Shown one piece after another: positions 48,458 through 57,595 of a stretch of DNA of 64,000 nucleotides. A program made the position numbers and the translations under genes. The notes under the pieces are model-generated. The model ran no database searches and was not told the origin of the DNA. It was given only the letters and a program-made list of their open reading frames with translations. The stretch's first letter is position 1. Each line of letters begins with the position of its first letter. The DNA is from Myxococcota bacterium (GTDB lineage Bacteria > Myxococcota_A > UBA9160 > UBA4427), in contig OZ252299.1 in the NCBI GenBank assembly GCA_965250285.1, positions 384,001 to 448,000 on the forward strand, in the 5' to 3' direction.

Positions 48458-48952
48458 TCAGCGTCGCCAGCGACCCTGGAGAGCCGTCTCGCGGCCATCA
48501 CCCGTGGGCTGATAGAAGACGTCGATGTCGGCCATCGCGGTCTTCCAGTCTTCGACCGCCGATTCGCTCGCGATCTCGAAGGCGTCGAAACCCGCCCGGT
48601 GCATGAAGACGAGCTGCTCGAGCGCAACGTCACCCACGGCGCGCAGCTCGCCCTCGAACCCGTAGCGTTCGCGCAGCAAGCGCGCGTGCGAGTACGCACG
48701 GCCGTCGGTGAAGGCGGGGAACTCGAGTGCGATGAGGTCGAAGTGCACGAGGTCGTCGACGATCTCTTCGGGGCCCTGATCCGATGAAAGACACACGCCG
48801 AAACTGCCGCCGCGCTTGCAGAGCTCGACCTTGTGCTCCTTCCACTGGTCGAGGCTCACGAGCAGGCGGTCACCGCCCGGGATGCTCGTTGCCTCGGGGT
48901 CGACCTTCTCCCAGCCGTCTTCGGCGACCTTGCCTGCCTTAACGAGGGGCAT
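48458..48952 (-). CDS. DUF934 protein (sulfite reductase-associated)
   Basis: FPAFTDGRAYS.ARLLRER.GF.GELRAVGDV, YQP. Confidence 0.92.
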   Translation of the reverse strand: MPLVKAGKVAEDGWEKVDPEATSIPGGDRLLVSLDQWKEHKVELCKRGGSFGVCLSSDQGPEEIVDDLVHFDLIALEFPAFTDGRAYSHARLLRERYGFEGELRAVGDVALEQLVFMHRAGFDAFEIASESAVEDWKTAMADIDVFYQPTGDGRETALQGRWRR

Positions 48953-50594
48953 AGAGCTTCTCCTTGAAGGGGTCCATGCCGACCCGTCGGTACGTGTCGA
49001 TGAATCGCTCGCCGTCTTCGCGCAGCTCGACGTACGTGTCGAGCACCGTCTCGATGGCCGGGCCGATGTCGTCGGCCGAGAAGCCGGGGCCCGTGCGCAC
49101 GCCGAGTGACGCGTCTTCGTGAGAGCTTCCGCCCAGCGTGATCTGGTAGAGCTCTTCGCCCTTTCGGTCGACGCCGAGGATGCCGATGTTGCCGACGTGA
49201 TGATGGCCGCAGGCGTTGATGCAGCCCGACATGTTCAGCTCGAGCTCGCCGATCTCTTTCTGGCGCTTGAGGTCGGCGAAGCGCTTCGTGATGTCCTCGG
49301 CGACGGGGATCGAGCGTGCGTTGGCGAGTGCGCAGTAGTCGAGGCCGGGGCAGCAGATGACGTCGCCAATGAGGTTCAGGTTCGCGGCCGCCAGCTCGAG
49401 CTCGACCAGCTTCTGCCACAGCGTGAAGAGCTGATCCTTGCGCACGTCGGTGAGCACGATGTTCTGGCGGTGCGTCACCCGCATCTCGCCGAAGCTGAAC
49501 GCGTCGGCGAGGTCGGCGAGCGCGTCCATCTGATCACTCGAGAGGTCGCCCGGCGCGTGGCCGGGCATCTTGACCGAGATGTTCGCGATCGCGTAGCCGG
49601 GTTGCTTGTGGGCGTGCACATTCTGCTCGACCCAGTCGGCGAAGTCGGCGTTCTGCCCGAGCTGCGCATCGAGATCGGGGCAGGCGTCTTCGAGCGTCTC
49701 GTACTCGGGCGGCGCGAAGTACGCGTCGATGCGGTCGATCTCGTCCTGGGGCACCTCGAGCGCGCCGCCCTTGAGGTTGGCGTACTCCTCGTCGACCAGG
49801 CGTCGGAACTCCTCGGTGCCGGTCTCGTGCACGAGCACCTTGATGCGCGCCTTGTACTTGTTGTCGCGACGGCCAAAGCGGTTGTAGACCCGCAGGATCG
49901 CCTCGAGATACGAGAGCAGCTCACTCGGCGGCAGCTCCTCTCGGATCGTCTTGCCGACGAACGGGGTCCGCCCCAGGCCGCCGCCGACGATCACTTCGAA
50001 GACCGGCTGGTCCTTCGAGTCGCGATCGAGGATGAGCCCGATGTCGTGCACCTTGACCGCAGCGCGGTCGTTCGGCGAGCCGGTGACCGCGATCTTGAAC
50101 TTGCGGGGCAGAAACGAGAACTCGGGGTGGAGCGTCGACCACTGCCGAATCAACTCGCAGTAGACGCGCGGGTCGGCGACCTCGTCGGCGGCGCAGCCCG
50201 CATGCTCATCGGCCGTCGTATTGCGAATGCAGTTGCCGCTCGACTGGATCGCGTGCATCTCGACGCTCGCGAGGTCGCGCAGGATGTCGGGCGTCTCCTC
50301 GAGCTTGATCCAGTTGAACTGCATGTTCTGGCGCGTCGTGAGGTGGCCGTAGCCCTTGTCGTACTTTCGACCGATCTCGGCAAGCATCCGCATCTGCTTC
50401 GAGCTGAGCATGCCGTAGGGCACGTTGATGCGGATCATGTAGGCGTGCAGCTGAAGGTAGAGGCCGTTCATCAGACGCAGCGGTCGAAACTGATCCTCGG
50501 TGAGCTTGCCGGCCAGGCGATGCTCCACCTGTCGTCCGAACTGCTCTGCGCGCTCGGTGACCAGCTTCAGGTCGAACTCGTCGTAGCGGTACAT
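48939..50594 (-). CDS. cysI: Sulfite reductase hemoprotein (ferredoxin-type)
   Basis: MYRYDEFD, TTRQN, LPRKFKI, CPGLDYC...SGCINAC siroheme/4Fe-4S motifs. Confidence 0.93.
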   Translation of the reverse strand: MYRYDEFDLKLVTERAEQFGRQVEHRLAGKLTEDQFRPLRLMNGLYLQLHAYMIRINVPYGMLSSKQMRMLAEIGRKYDKGYGHLTTRQNMQFNWIKLEETPDILRDLASVEMHAIQSSGNCIRNTTADEHAGCAADEVADPRVYCELIRQWSTLHPEFSFLPRKFKIAVTGSPNDRAAVKVHDIGLILDRDSKDQPVFEVIVGGGLGRTPFVGKTIREELPPSELLSYLEAILRVYNRFGRRDNKYKARIKVLVHETGTEEFRRLVDEEYANLKGGALEVPQDEIDRIDAYFAPPEYETLEDACPDLDAQLGQNADFADWVEQNVHAHKQPGYAIANISVKMPGHAPGDLSSDQMDALADLADAFSFGEMRVTHRQNIVLTDVRKDQLFTLWQKLVELELAAANLNLIGDVICCPGLDYCALANARSIPVAEDITKRFADLKRQKEIGELELNMSGCINACGHHHVGNIGILGVDRKGEELYQITLGGSSHEDASLGVRTGPGFSADDIGPAIETVLDTYVELREDGERFIDTYRRVGMDPFKEKLYAPR

Positions 50595-50891
50595 CTATTC
50601 GTTCCCCGCTTGCTTGCCCAGGTCGGGTCGGTTCGTCGGACCAGCGGCGCGAATCACTTCGCGGTACTTCGTCGGGCGCACTCTGTCGCCGTCGACCTCG
50701 ACGTCGATCAACTCGGCGCCGACCACCTGCTGCTTCGCCTCGAGCGCGAGCGCCGTCTCGAGCAGCGCCTCGGCGGCATCGCCGGTCTCTTCGACGCGTG
50801 CGTCGTCGACGCCGCTGGCCCAGCTATCGCCCTCGGCGAGAAAGACGATGCGACCGTCGGTCAGTCGATTGGCGATGACGATCTGCGGCAT
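50595..50891 (-). CDS. DUF2849 protein
   Basis: ANRLTDG.IVFL, RE.IRAAGPT; abuts cysI. Confidence 0.88.
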   Translation of the reverse strand: MPQIVIANRLTDGRIVFLAEGDSWASGVDDARVEETGDAAEALLETALALEAKQQVVGAELIDVEVDGDRVRPTKYREVIRAAGPTNRPDLGKQAGNE

Positions 50892-51317
50892 GGTCGCTCT
50901 TCTTCCTCGTGCGCGGGGGCAGGGGGGCGCTCGGCGACGGCGTCGCCCGGTGGATGGTCGCGGGCCCCGCTCGATCGCCGGCTTGCCTCGCGCGCTGAAA
51001 CGTATTTGAAATCGGCTACTTGTGAGAGCTTTGCGGAGCGTCGGGCGCCGCAAACAGGAGGCGCTGAGTAGCACAGCGACCTCAGTGTTTCCAAGTTGGC
51101 GCCCGCAATCCCGAGCCGAGCACCGTGTTGAATGTTGTCCGGATTCTCGTCGTTCGATGCCAGGGCGCGGCCCAGGCTTCGAGCGTGAAGCTGCGGCGCC
51201 TCTCGGCGCTTCGCGTGATCGGGCCGGCGGTGGAGGAGATTCGCGACCGGGGCTGCGGCCCGGGGCGTCGTCGCTTCACGGGCCTCCGTGGGAGGCCGCT
51301 GGACGCGCCCGCCGCTG

Positions 51318-51352
51318 TACACCTGATGTATGCCCGGTATGCATCGAGTGTC
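51318..51352 (+). promoter_or_regulatory. Tandem candidate activator-binding boxes upstream of the acyltransferase promoter
   Basis: TACACCTGATGTA (51318) and TGCATCGAGTGTC (51340), 22 bp apart; match boxes at 54423 and 54444. Confidence 0.55.
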
Positions 51353-51419
51353 GTTCGCGCGAACCGTTCGCTGCGGGTGGGATTGGCGCAAGTCGCTGAA
51401 TTTGCAGGGTTTTCAAGAG

Positions 51420-51435
51420 TGGCATCTTTCCTGCT
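51420..51435 (+). promoter_or_regulatory. Sigma54 (-24/-12) promoter of the acyltransferase
   Basis: TGGCATCTTTCCTGCT (GG-N10-GC); IHF-like CAAGTCGCTGAAT at 51389-51401. Confidence 0.7.
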
Positions 51436-51469
51436 CTAGTCCTCCCCAACCACCGAGGAGGACCACCCG

Positions 51470-52837
51470 ATGCTCGATTCGATTCGCTCCATGTGGCGCC
51501 AGGCCGATGACCTCGCCGCGCAGGCCCCCGACACGCGCAACCGGGCCGTCGACTTTCTGCGGGCGGCGTCGATCGCCGTCGTCGTGATCGGCCACTGGCT
51601 CGTCGCGGCCCCGTTCGTGCGCGGGGGCGAGGTCGTGCCCGGTCACATGCTCGAGCTCGCGCCCTGGACCCAGTGGCTCACGCTGGTCGTTCAGGTGATG
51701 CCGATCTTCTTCCTGGTCGGGGGCTACTCGAATGCCGTCGCCTGGCAGGCGGCGCGTCGCAAGGGCACGGCCTATGGCCCGTGGCTCGGGGCTCGGATCC
51801 AGCGGCTGATCGCGCCGGTGATGCCGGTGCTCGTCGTCTGGATCGGTGTGTCGGCCATCGCCGTCGCGTGCGGTGTGCCGGCCGAGCAGGTCGGGGTCGC
51901 GACCCAGATGGCGCTGGTGCCGACTTGGTTCCTCGCGGTCTACGTCATGGTCGGGGTGTTCGTTCCCGTCACGCTGGCGGCATGGGAGCGGTTCGGGTTC
52001 GCCTCGGTCGCGGCCGGTGTCGCCGCTGCGGCTGCAGTCGACTTCCTCGTCCTCGAGGCCGGGGTGCGCGGCGTTGGCTACGTGAACTACGCCTTCGTCT
52101 GGCTCACCGTGCATCAGCTCGGTCACGCGTGGCAGGCCGGCGCCATGCGCCGCCCGCTCGTCTGGGCCGGGGCCGGTGCGGCCGGTCTCGTCGCGCTGAT
52201 CGGCTTCGGACCATACCCCCTCGCCATGGTCGGCGTGCCCGGTGAAGCGTTCGGCAACACGTCGCCCCCGACGCTCGCGTTGCTCTTTCTCGGGATCACC
52301 TGGACGGGTCTCGTCCTCGCCATCGAGCCCGCGCTGCGACGGATGCTCGCGCGTCGGCGGGTGTGGACGACGACCGTGCTGATCAACGGACTCATCATGA
52401 CGCTGTATCTGTGGCACATGACCGCGATGCTGGCGGCGCTCGGGATCGCCGTGGCCCTGGGCGGGGTGGGCCTGCACGCGATCCCCGACTCGGCCGAGTG
52501 GTGGGCGCTTCGCCCCGTTTGGATGGGCATCTACCTGGTTGCGCTCGTCCCGCTGATGGTCGGGTTCCTGCGCTTCGAACGGCCTCGCCGCGCCACACAC
52601 GTCGCTTCGAAGCGGCGGCTGCTGACGGGCGCGTCGCTCACGGCTGCCGGCCTCGGTGTGCTGTCGGCAAAGGGCATCGTCAGCGGCGCTGGCGTGCACG
52701 TGGGCCCGAGCCTCATGCCGCTGTTGGGCGGCGCGCTCGCGGGCTTCGGCCCCGTGCGGCGCGTGCTCGTGTGGCTGCGACGCCCGGCGCAGAAGACCGA
52801 TGCGACTTCGGCGACGAAGGACGGTGCTTCGAGCTAG
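51470..52837 (+). CDS. Acyltransferase-3 family membrane protein
   Basis: RNRAVDFLRA...VVIGH, QVMPIFFLVGG, WFL.VY, MTLYLWH; RBS GAGGAGGA. Confidence 0.92.
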   Translation: MLDSIRSMWRQADDLAAQAPDTRNRAVDFLRAASIAVVVIGHWLVAAPFVRGGEVVPGHMLELAPWTQWLTLVVQVMPIFFLVGGYSNAVAWQAARRKGTAYGPWLGARIQRLIAPVMPVLVVWIGVSAIAVACGVPAEQVGVATQMALVPTWFLAVYVMVGVFVPVTLAAWERFGFASVAAGVAAAAAVDFLVLEAGVRGVGYVNYAFVWLTVHQLGHAWQAGAMRRPLVWAGAGAAGLVALIGFGPYPLAMVGVPGEAFGNTSPPTLALLFLGITWTGLVLAIEPALRRMLARRRVWTTTVLINGLIMTLYLWHMTAMLAALGIAVALGGVGLHAIPDSAEWWALRPVWMGIYLVALVPLMVGFLRFERPRRATHVASKRRLLTGASLTAAGLGVLSAKGIVSGAGVHVGPSLMPLLGGALAGFGPVRRVLVWLRRPAQKTDATSATKDGASS

Positions 52838-54405
52838 TCGCCCGTCAGCATCTCGAGCAAGGCCCGGTCGACCTTGGCCTTGACCGTGCGGCGGTCGAGG
52901 CCGAGCGACCGGGCCGCTGCCTCGTACGAGCCCTGTGAGGCATAGACCCGCGTGACGTACTCGCGGAGCAGGTCGTCGGCCGAGGCCTGGCCCGAGAGGA
53001 TCGATGCGGCGATCGTGGTGCCGCCTTGCTCGATGTTCGCGCCGGCGAGCGGGCCCCTGGGTTCGTAGCGCCCCTGCACCAGCACGCTGCGCACGCACTG
53101 TTCGAGCTCGCGCACGTTGCCGGGCCAGGTGTAGTCGGCCGGGAGCCCACTGTGGATCCAGCGGACGACTTCGTCGACCAGATCGTCGGCGCCTTCTCCA
53201 GCGACGCGGGCCGAGATCACCCGCACGAGGCTCTCGAGCTCGTCGGGCGAGTCTCTGAATCGATCGCGGAGCGTCGGCATGCGAATCACGTCCGCGCACA
53301 GCCGGTAGTACAGGTCTTCGCGGAAGCGTCCGGCCTCGAGCTCGGTGTCGAGGTCGCGGTTCGTGGCTGCGACGATGCGGCCTTCGAAGCGCCGCTCTTC
53401 GACCTCGCCGATGCGCTGGTACACGCGGCTCTGCAGCACGCGCAGCAGCTTCACCTGAATGGCCGCGTCGAGCTCGCCGATCTCGTCGAGGAAGATCGTG
53501 CCATGGGGGCCCGACGATTCGAGCCAGCCGACGCGGTCGGCCATCGCTCCGGTGAATGCGCCCCGTTTGTGGCCGAAGAGCTCCGACTCGATCAGCGCCG
53601 ACGAGAGCGCCGACAGATTCACGGCGTGGTAGATCTTCGTGTAGTCGGCGACGAAGGCCTGCTTGGTCGTGTCGAAGGGGATGTATCGGCTGAGACCGAT
53701 CGCCCGGGCGACGAGCTCCTTGCCGGTCCCCGACTCACCGAGCACGAGGGTCGGGATGTCGGCCATGCGGTCGTAGAGCCGGCGCCGGTACCGATCGACG
53801 TCGTGGGTGAAGATCGATTGCCAAACCGTGCCGCGCAGCTCGGCCATGGCGAGCGAGCCGCCGTAGATCTCCCAGTACACGTGATTGAACGCGCGCCGAA
53901 TCTGAAACCCCCACGCCAGCGTGTGACCTGGGTCGGGACGGGTGGGCAACGTCACCCCGGGCAGGTCGAAGAAGTGATCGCAGTCGGCGACCAGGCGCGA
54001 AAAGAAAGAGAGCTTGTGCGTCGTCGGCTGACCCGCTTCGGCGCGCTCGACGAGCTTGGTCAGCTCTTCTTCGTAGCGATAGAAGAAGAGGTATCGAACG
54101 AAGCCCTCGTAGAGCTCGAGCTGCGCGGGCGTCGCGCGCGCACCGCTGCGGAGCCGCTGCCGGAGATCTTCAGCGAGCTGCTCGGCCAGCTGACGCAGCG
54201 ATCCGAGGTTCGGGTTGATCCCCTGCAGCTCACCATCGGCGCTCCACACGGCGGCATAGGGCACGAAGTCGTCGCCGAGTGCGCGCGCCTCCTGCGTGGT
54301 GCGGTCGGGCAGGAACGGGTTCGAGGTGGCGAGGCGCGAGAGCGCCTCGAGTACCTCGTGCTCTCGGTCGCTGACGAAGGGCGGGGCGGTGTCGCGCTTG
54401 GCCAT
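52834..54405 (-). CDS. Sigma54-interacting activator with uncharacterised N-terminal domain
   Basis: GESGTGKE, ESELFGHKRGAFTGA, FLDEIGE, WPGNVREL, HTH; N-terminal ~230 aa not recognisable as REC/GAF/PAS; RBS GAGGAG. Confidence 0.9.
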   Translation of the reverse strand: MAKRDTAPPFVSDREHEVLEALSRLATSNPFLPDRTTQEARALGDDFVPYAAVWSADGELQGINPNLGSLRQLAEQLAEDLRQRLRSGARATPAQLELYEGFVRYLFFYRYEEELTKLVERAEAGQPTTHKLSFFSRLVADCDHFFDLPGVTLPTRPDPGHTLAWGFQIRRAFNHVYWEIYGGSLAMAELRGTVWQSIFTHDVDRYRRRLYDRMADIPTLVLGESGTGKELVARAIGLSRYIPFDTTKQAFVADYTKIYHAVNLSALSSALIESELFGHKRGAFTGAMADRVGWLESSGPHGTIFLDEIGELDAAIQVKLLRVLQSRVYQRIGEVEERRFEGRIVAATNRDLDTELEAGRFREDLYYRLCADVIRMPTLRDRFRDSPDELESLVRVISARVAGEGADDLVDEVVRWIHSGLPADYTWPGNVRELEQCVRSVLVQGRYEPRGPLAGANIEQGGTTIAASILSGQASADDLLREYVTRVYASQGSYEAAARSLGLDRRTVKAKVDRALLEMLTGD

Positions 54406-54422
54406 CGAGCACTCCTCGGTCG

Positions 54423-54456
54423 GACATCCAGTGTCGGGTTCTGTTCGTCCAATGTC
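54423..54456 (+). promoter_or_regulatory. Tandem candidate activator-binding boxes between the activator and the VIT gene
   Basis: GACATCCAGTGTC (54423) and TTCGTCCAATGTC (54444), 21 bp apart. Confidence 0.55.
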
Positions 54457-54547
54457 TGCTCGACCTGAGCTTCGCGGTTCTTCGAGCACACGCAAATCAC
54501 TCCATAGGTTGCTGCCGTGGTTGCGCTTTTCGGGTTTCCCGAGAGTT

Positions 54548-54563
54548 GGGCACGGGTCGTGCT
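54548..54563 (+). promoter_or_regulatory. Sigma54 (-24/-12) promoter of the VIT-VWA/rhombosortase operon
   Basis: GGGCACGGGTCGTGCT (GG-N10-GC), followed by CTAG as in the 51420 promoter. Confidence 0.7.
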
Positions 54564-54608
54564 CTAGAGCCCCTCGAGCCGGGATGAACCCGGCAGAAGG
54601 AGTTCAGC

Positions 54609-56645
54609 ATGACCACCCTGCGCATCGGACTCATCGGGCTCGCGGCGAGTGTCGCGGCCTGGTTCGGGGGCGCCGCTCAGGCGGCCGGCACCCTGACGCC
54701 CAGCGGTTCGCCCCACGCACCGATCGAGATTCGGGACCACCACGTCGAGGTCGTGATCCAGGACGGCTTCGCGCGAACGGCGGTCACCCAGAGCTTCTAC
54801 AACCCGAACGCCGTCGATCTCGAGGGCGTGTACGCGTTTCCGCTGCCGGCCGAGGCGAGCCTCGCCGAGATCACCATCTACGCCGGCGAGCGCGTGCTCG
54901 AGGGTGAGGTGCTGTCCGATGACGAGGCCGATCGCATCTATGGCGAGGAGCGCGACGCCGGCAACGATGCGGGGCTCGGTCGGAAGGAGGGCATCCAGCG
55001 TTTCGAGTTCTACGTGACGCCGATTCGGGCGCAGGACGAGACGCGGATGCGCTTCGTGTACTACGAGCCGCTCGAGATCGACACCGGCGTCGGCCGCTAC
55101 CTGTATCCGCTCGAAGAGGGCGGCACCGACGAGCGTGCGCGGTCGTTCTGGATGACGAACGAGCAGGTCACCCGCGACTTCTCGATCGACGTCGCGCTGC
55201 GCACGAGCGTGCCGATCGCCGAGCTGCGCACGCCGGGCTACGAGGGCGCCGCGCGCATCGAAGCGAAGGGGGAGGGCGAGCACCGGGTTCGCATCGAATC
55301 CCAGGCCGGCGCGCTCGACCGCGACTTCGTGCTCTACTACCGCCTCGCCGATGGTCTGCCGGGTCGCGTCGAGTTGTTGCCCTACAAGCCCGACGCCGAT
55401 GAGCCCGGGCACTTCATGCTCGTGGTGACCCCGGGCGTCGACCTGCAGCCGCTGCGAGACGGGTCGGACTACGTCTTCGTGCTCGACAACTCGGGCAGCA
55501 TGGCGGGCAAGCTCTCGACCTTGACGGCGGGTGTGCGCCAGGCGATCGGCGAGCTCGGGCCGAACGACCGGTTTCGCGTGATCGTGTTCTCGAACGACGC
55601 CCGGGAAGTCGTGGGCTGGACGCCGGCCACGCCGGACCGAGTCGCAGCTGCGCTCGCCCGGGTCGCGTCGATTCGAACCGAGGGCGGCACCAATGTCTAT
55701 TCGGGCCTGAAGCTCGCGCTCGACGACCTCGAGGCGGATCGTGTGACCAGTCTCGTGCTCGTGACCGATGGCGTCACAAACACGGGCGTCGTCGATCCCA
55801 AGGCCTTCCATGCGCTGATGCAGAAGGCCGACGTGCGCGTCTTCGGCTTCTTGATGGGCAACTCGGCCAACTGGCCGCTGATGCGCGTGATCTGTGAGAC
55901 GTCGGGTGGCTACTACACGGGCGTCTCGAATGCAGACGACGTCCTGGGCCAGGTGCTGCTCGCGAAGAGCAAGGTCACGCACGAGGCCCTGCACGACGTC
56001 GAGCTGCACTTCGACGGGGTGCGCGTGACCGACATGACGGGCAAGGCGTACCGCAAGGTCCATCGCGGGGAGCAGCTCGTGCTCTTCGGTCGGTACGAAG
56101 ATGGCGGCGAGCTCGATCTGGCGCTCGACCTGCGGATCTCGGGTGAGGACCAGCGTCTCGAGACCCGGTTCGCGATGCCCGATATGAGCACGGCGTATCC
56201 CGAGGTCGAGCGGCTCTTTGCGCTCGCGCATGTGGACGAGATCGAGTGGCGAACCCAGGCCGGTCTGCTCGACGGCGACGAGGCGGCCACATCGATCGAG
56301 TTCTACGGCACCGAGTATCAGATCGTGACGGACGAGACGTCGATGGTGGTCTTGACCGACGAAGCCTTCGCACGCCACGGGATCGAGCGCCGCAACCAGC
56401 AGCGCACTGCGGTCGAGCACGCCGTGCAGGCGCAGCGCGCCCAGGCCCCGGTGCAGCCCACGCGTGTCGATCGGCACCAGCCGATGTTCGACGCGCCGGC
56501 CCCGCGTCTCGGGTCGGGCTTCTTCGGCCCTGATCACGCGGCGGGCATCGTCGCGCTCTGGTCACTGATCCTGCGCCGCTGGCGGCGTGAAGACGAGGGC
56601 GAAAGCGCGTCCAGGGGCGTGCGCCAAGACAAGGAGGAGGACTGA
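54609..56645 (+). CDS. Exported VIT + VWA domain protein with GlyGly-CTERM-like anchor
   Basis: Signal peptide; VIT (ARTAVTQSFYNP, EGVYAFPLP); MIDAS DNSGSM, GGTN, VTDG; C-terminal GSG-hydrophobic-RRWRR. Confidence 0.9.
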   Translation: MTTLRIGLIGLAASVAAWFGGAAQAAGTLTPSGSPHAPIEIRDHHVEVVIQDGFARTAVTQSFYNPNAVDLEGVYAFPLPAEASLAEITIYAGERVLEGEVLSDDEADRIYGEERDAGNDAGLGRKEGIQRFEFYVTPIRAQDETRMRFVYYEPLEIDTGVGRYLYPLEEGGTDERARSFWMTNEQVTRDFSIDVALRTSVPIAELRTPGYEGAARIEAKGEGEHRVRIESQAGALDRDFVLYYRLADGLPGRVELLPYKPDADEPGHFMLVVTPGVDLQPLRDGSDYVFVLDNSGSMAGKLSTLTAGVRQAIGELGPNDRFRVIVFSNDAREVVGWTPATPDRVAAALARVASIRTEGGTNVYSGLKLALDDLEADRVTSLVLVTDGVTNTGVVDPKAFHALMQKADVRVFGFLMGNSANWPLMRVICETSGGYYTGVSNADDVLGQVLLAKSKVTHEALHDVELHFDGVRVTDMTGKAYRKVHRGEQLVLFGRYEDGGELDLALDLRISGEDQRLETRFAMPDMSTAYPEVERLFALAHVDEIEWRTQAGLLDGDEAATSIEFYGTEYQIVTDETSMVVLTDEAFARHGIERRNQQRTAVEHAVQAQRAQAPVQPTRVDRHQPMFDAPAPRLGSGFFGPDHAAGIVALWSLILRRWRREDEGESASRGVRQDKEED

Positions 56646-57316
56646 TGGGGGCGATCGCGCGGCTTCGGTGGTTCGACGCGCGATCGCGCCGGGAGGGGGT
56701 GACCCCCTCCCGGCCAACCCCGGTCTTCACCCTTGGCCTCTGTCTCGCCGCGATCGCGGCCTACGCACTCGGGCAGGGTTCGGCGTGGGAGTGGTCGCGA
56801 GAGGCGCTCGGGCGAGGCGAGTGGCATCGATTGATGTCGGCGCACCTCGCGCACTGGTCCCTCGAACACCTCGCGTGGGACGTCGGTGCCCTGGCCGTGC
56901 TCGGCGGATGGCTCGAGGGGCGGGGCCGCGCGCGCTACGTGGCGCTCGTTCTCATGGCGGCGCTGGCGATCTCGCTCGGCCTCTCATGGCTCGACCCCTC
57001 GCTGGCCGCGTATCGGGGGCTCTCCGGGGTCGATGCGGCGCTCTTCGTCTCGGTGTGTGGTGCGCTCGCACACGACGCCGTCTCGCGACGCGATCACGGC
57101 GCAGCGGTCGTCGCCGGGGTGCTGCTCCTCGGTTTCGTCGCCAAGATTGCGTTCGAAGCGCACAGCGGTGCTTCGCTCTTCGTCGCCCGCGACCCCGGAC
57201 CGCCCGGGGTCGTGGTCGCTCCGATCGCACACGCCATCGGCGCGGGCGTCGCGCTGGGCTTCGGCGTCCTGTCGGTCGGCGTGCGTCGCGGCTTCGGCGG
57301 TCGGCTGCGGTTCTGA
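56645..57316 (+). CDS. rrtA: Rhombosortase (rhomboid S54 family)
   Basis: GEWHRLMSAHLAHWS..HLAWD, catalytic YRGLSG, AHAIG; TGATG coupling to the VIT gene. Confidence 0.85.
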   Translation: MGAIARLRWFDARSRREGVTPSRPTPVFTLGLCLAAIAAYALGQGSAWEWSREALGRGEWHRLMSAHLAHWSLEHLAWDVGALAVLGGWLEGRGRARYVALVLMAALAISLGLSWLDPSLAAYRGLSGVDAALFVSVCGALAHDAVSRRDHGAAVVAGVLLLGFVAKIAFEAHSGASLFVARDPGPPGVVVAPIAHAIGAGVALGFGVLSVGVRRGFGGRLRF

Positions 57317-57595
57317 ATCGCGCGCGCGGCCGAGTCGGCGTGCAGGCGATTCGGTTCAGGCCCGCTTGAAGCCTCGCAGTCTGGCGCGATCGAAAGACCA
57401 CCGGGCCATTGACGACCGGCTCGTGGCAGCAATGTTGAAGTCGGGTGGGGCGACGGAGGGGGCACACACCTGCGCCGGCCGCTGGGCGATGCGTTGGGCC
57501 GCGCGCGGCCGTGACCGCGCGCGCTCCGTGCGGGGCGGTGCGGTCCCCGATTCCGTACCCTCGTTGAGTCGACAGGGGCAGGGGAGGCCGCCGCG

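Noticed and set aside
50892..51150. SAM riboswitch upstream of the cys operon
   Set aside because: The AT-richer patch near 51000 does not show SAM-I or SAM-II consensus elements in the transcribed orientation.
51383..51398. Second sigma54 promoter TTGGCGCAAGTCGCTG
   Set aside because: No GC at the required 10-nt spacing from GG; fits better as an IHF-like site.
57361..57595. FNR/CRP site or clear promoter upstream of mtrC
   Set aside because: Only a TTGACG with a poorly spaced -10; no TTGAT-N4-ATCAA palindrome.
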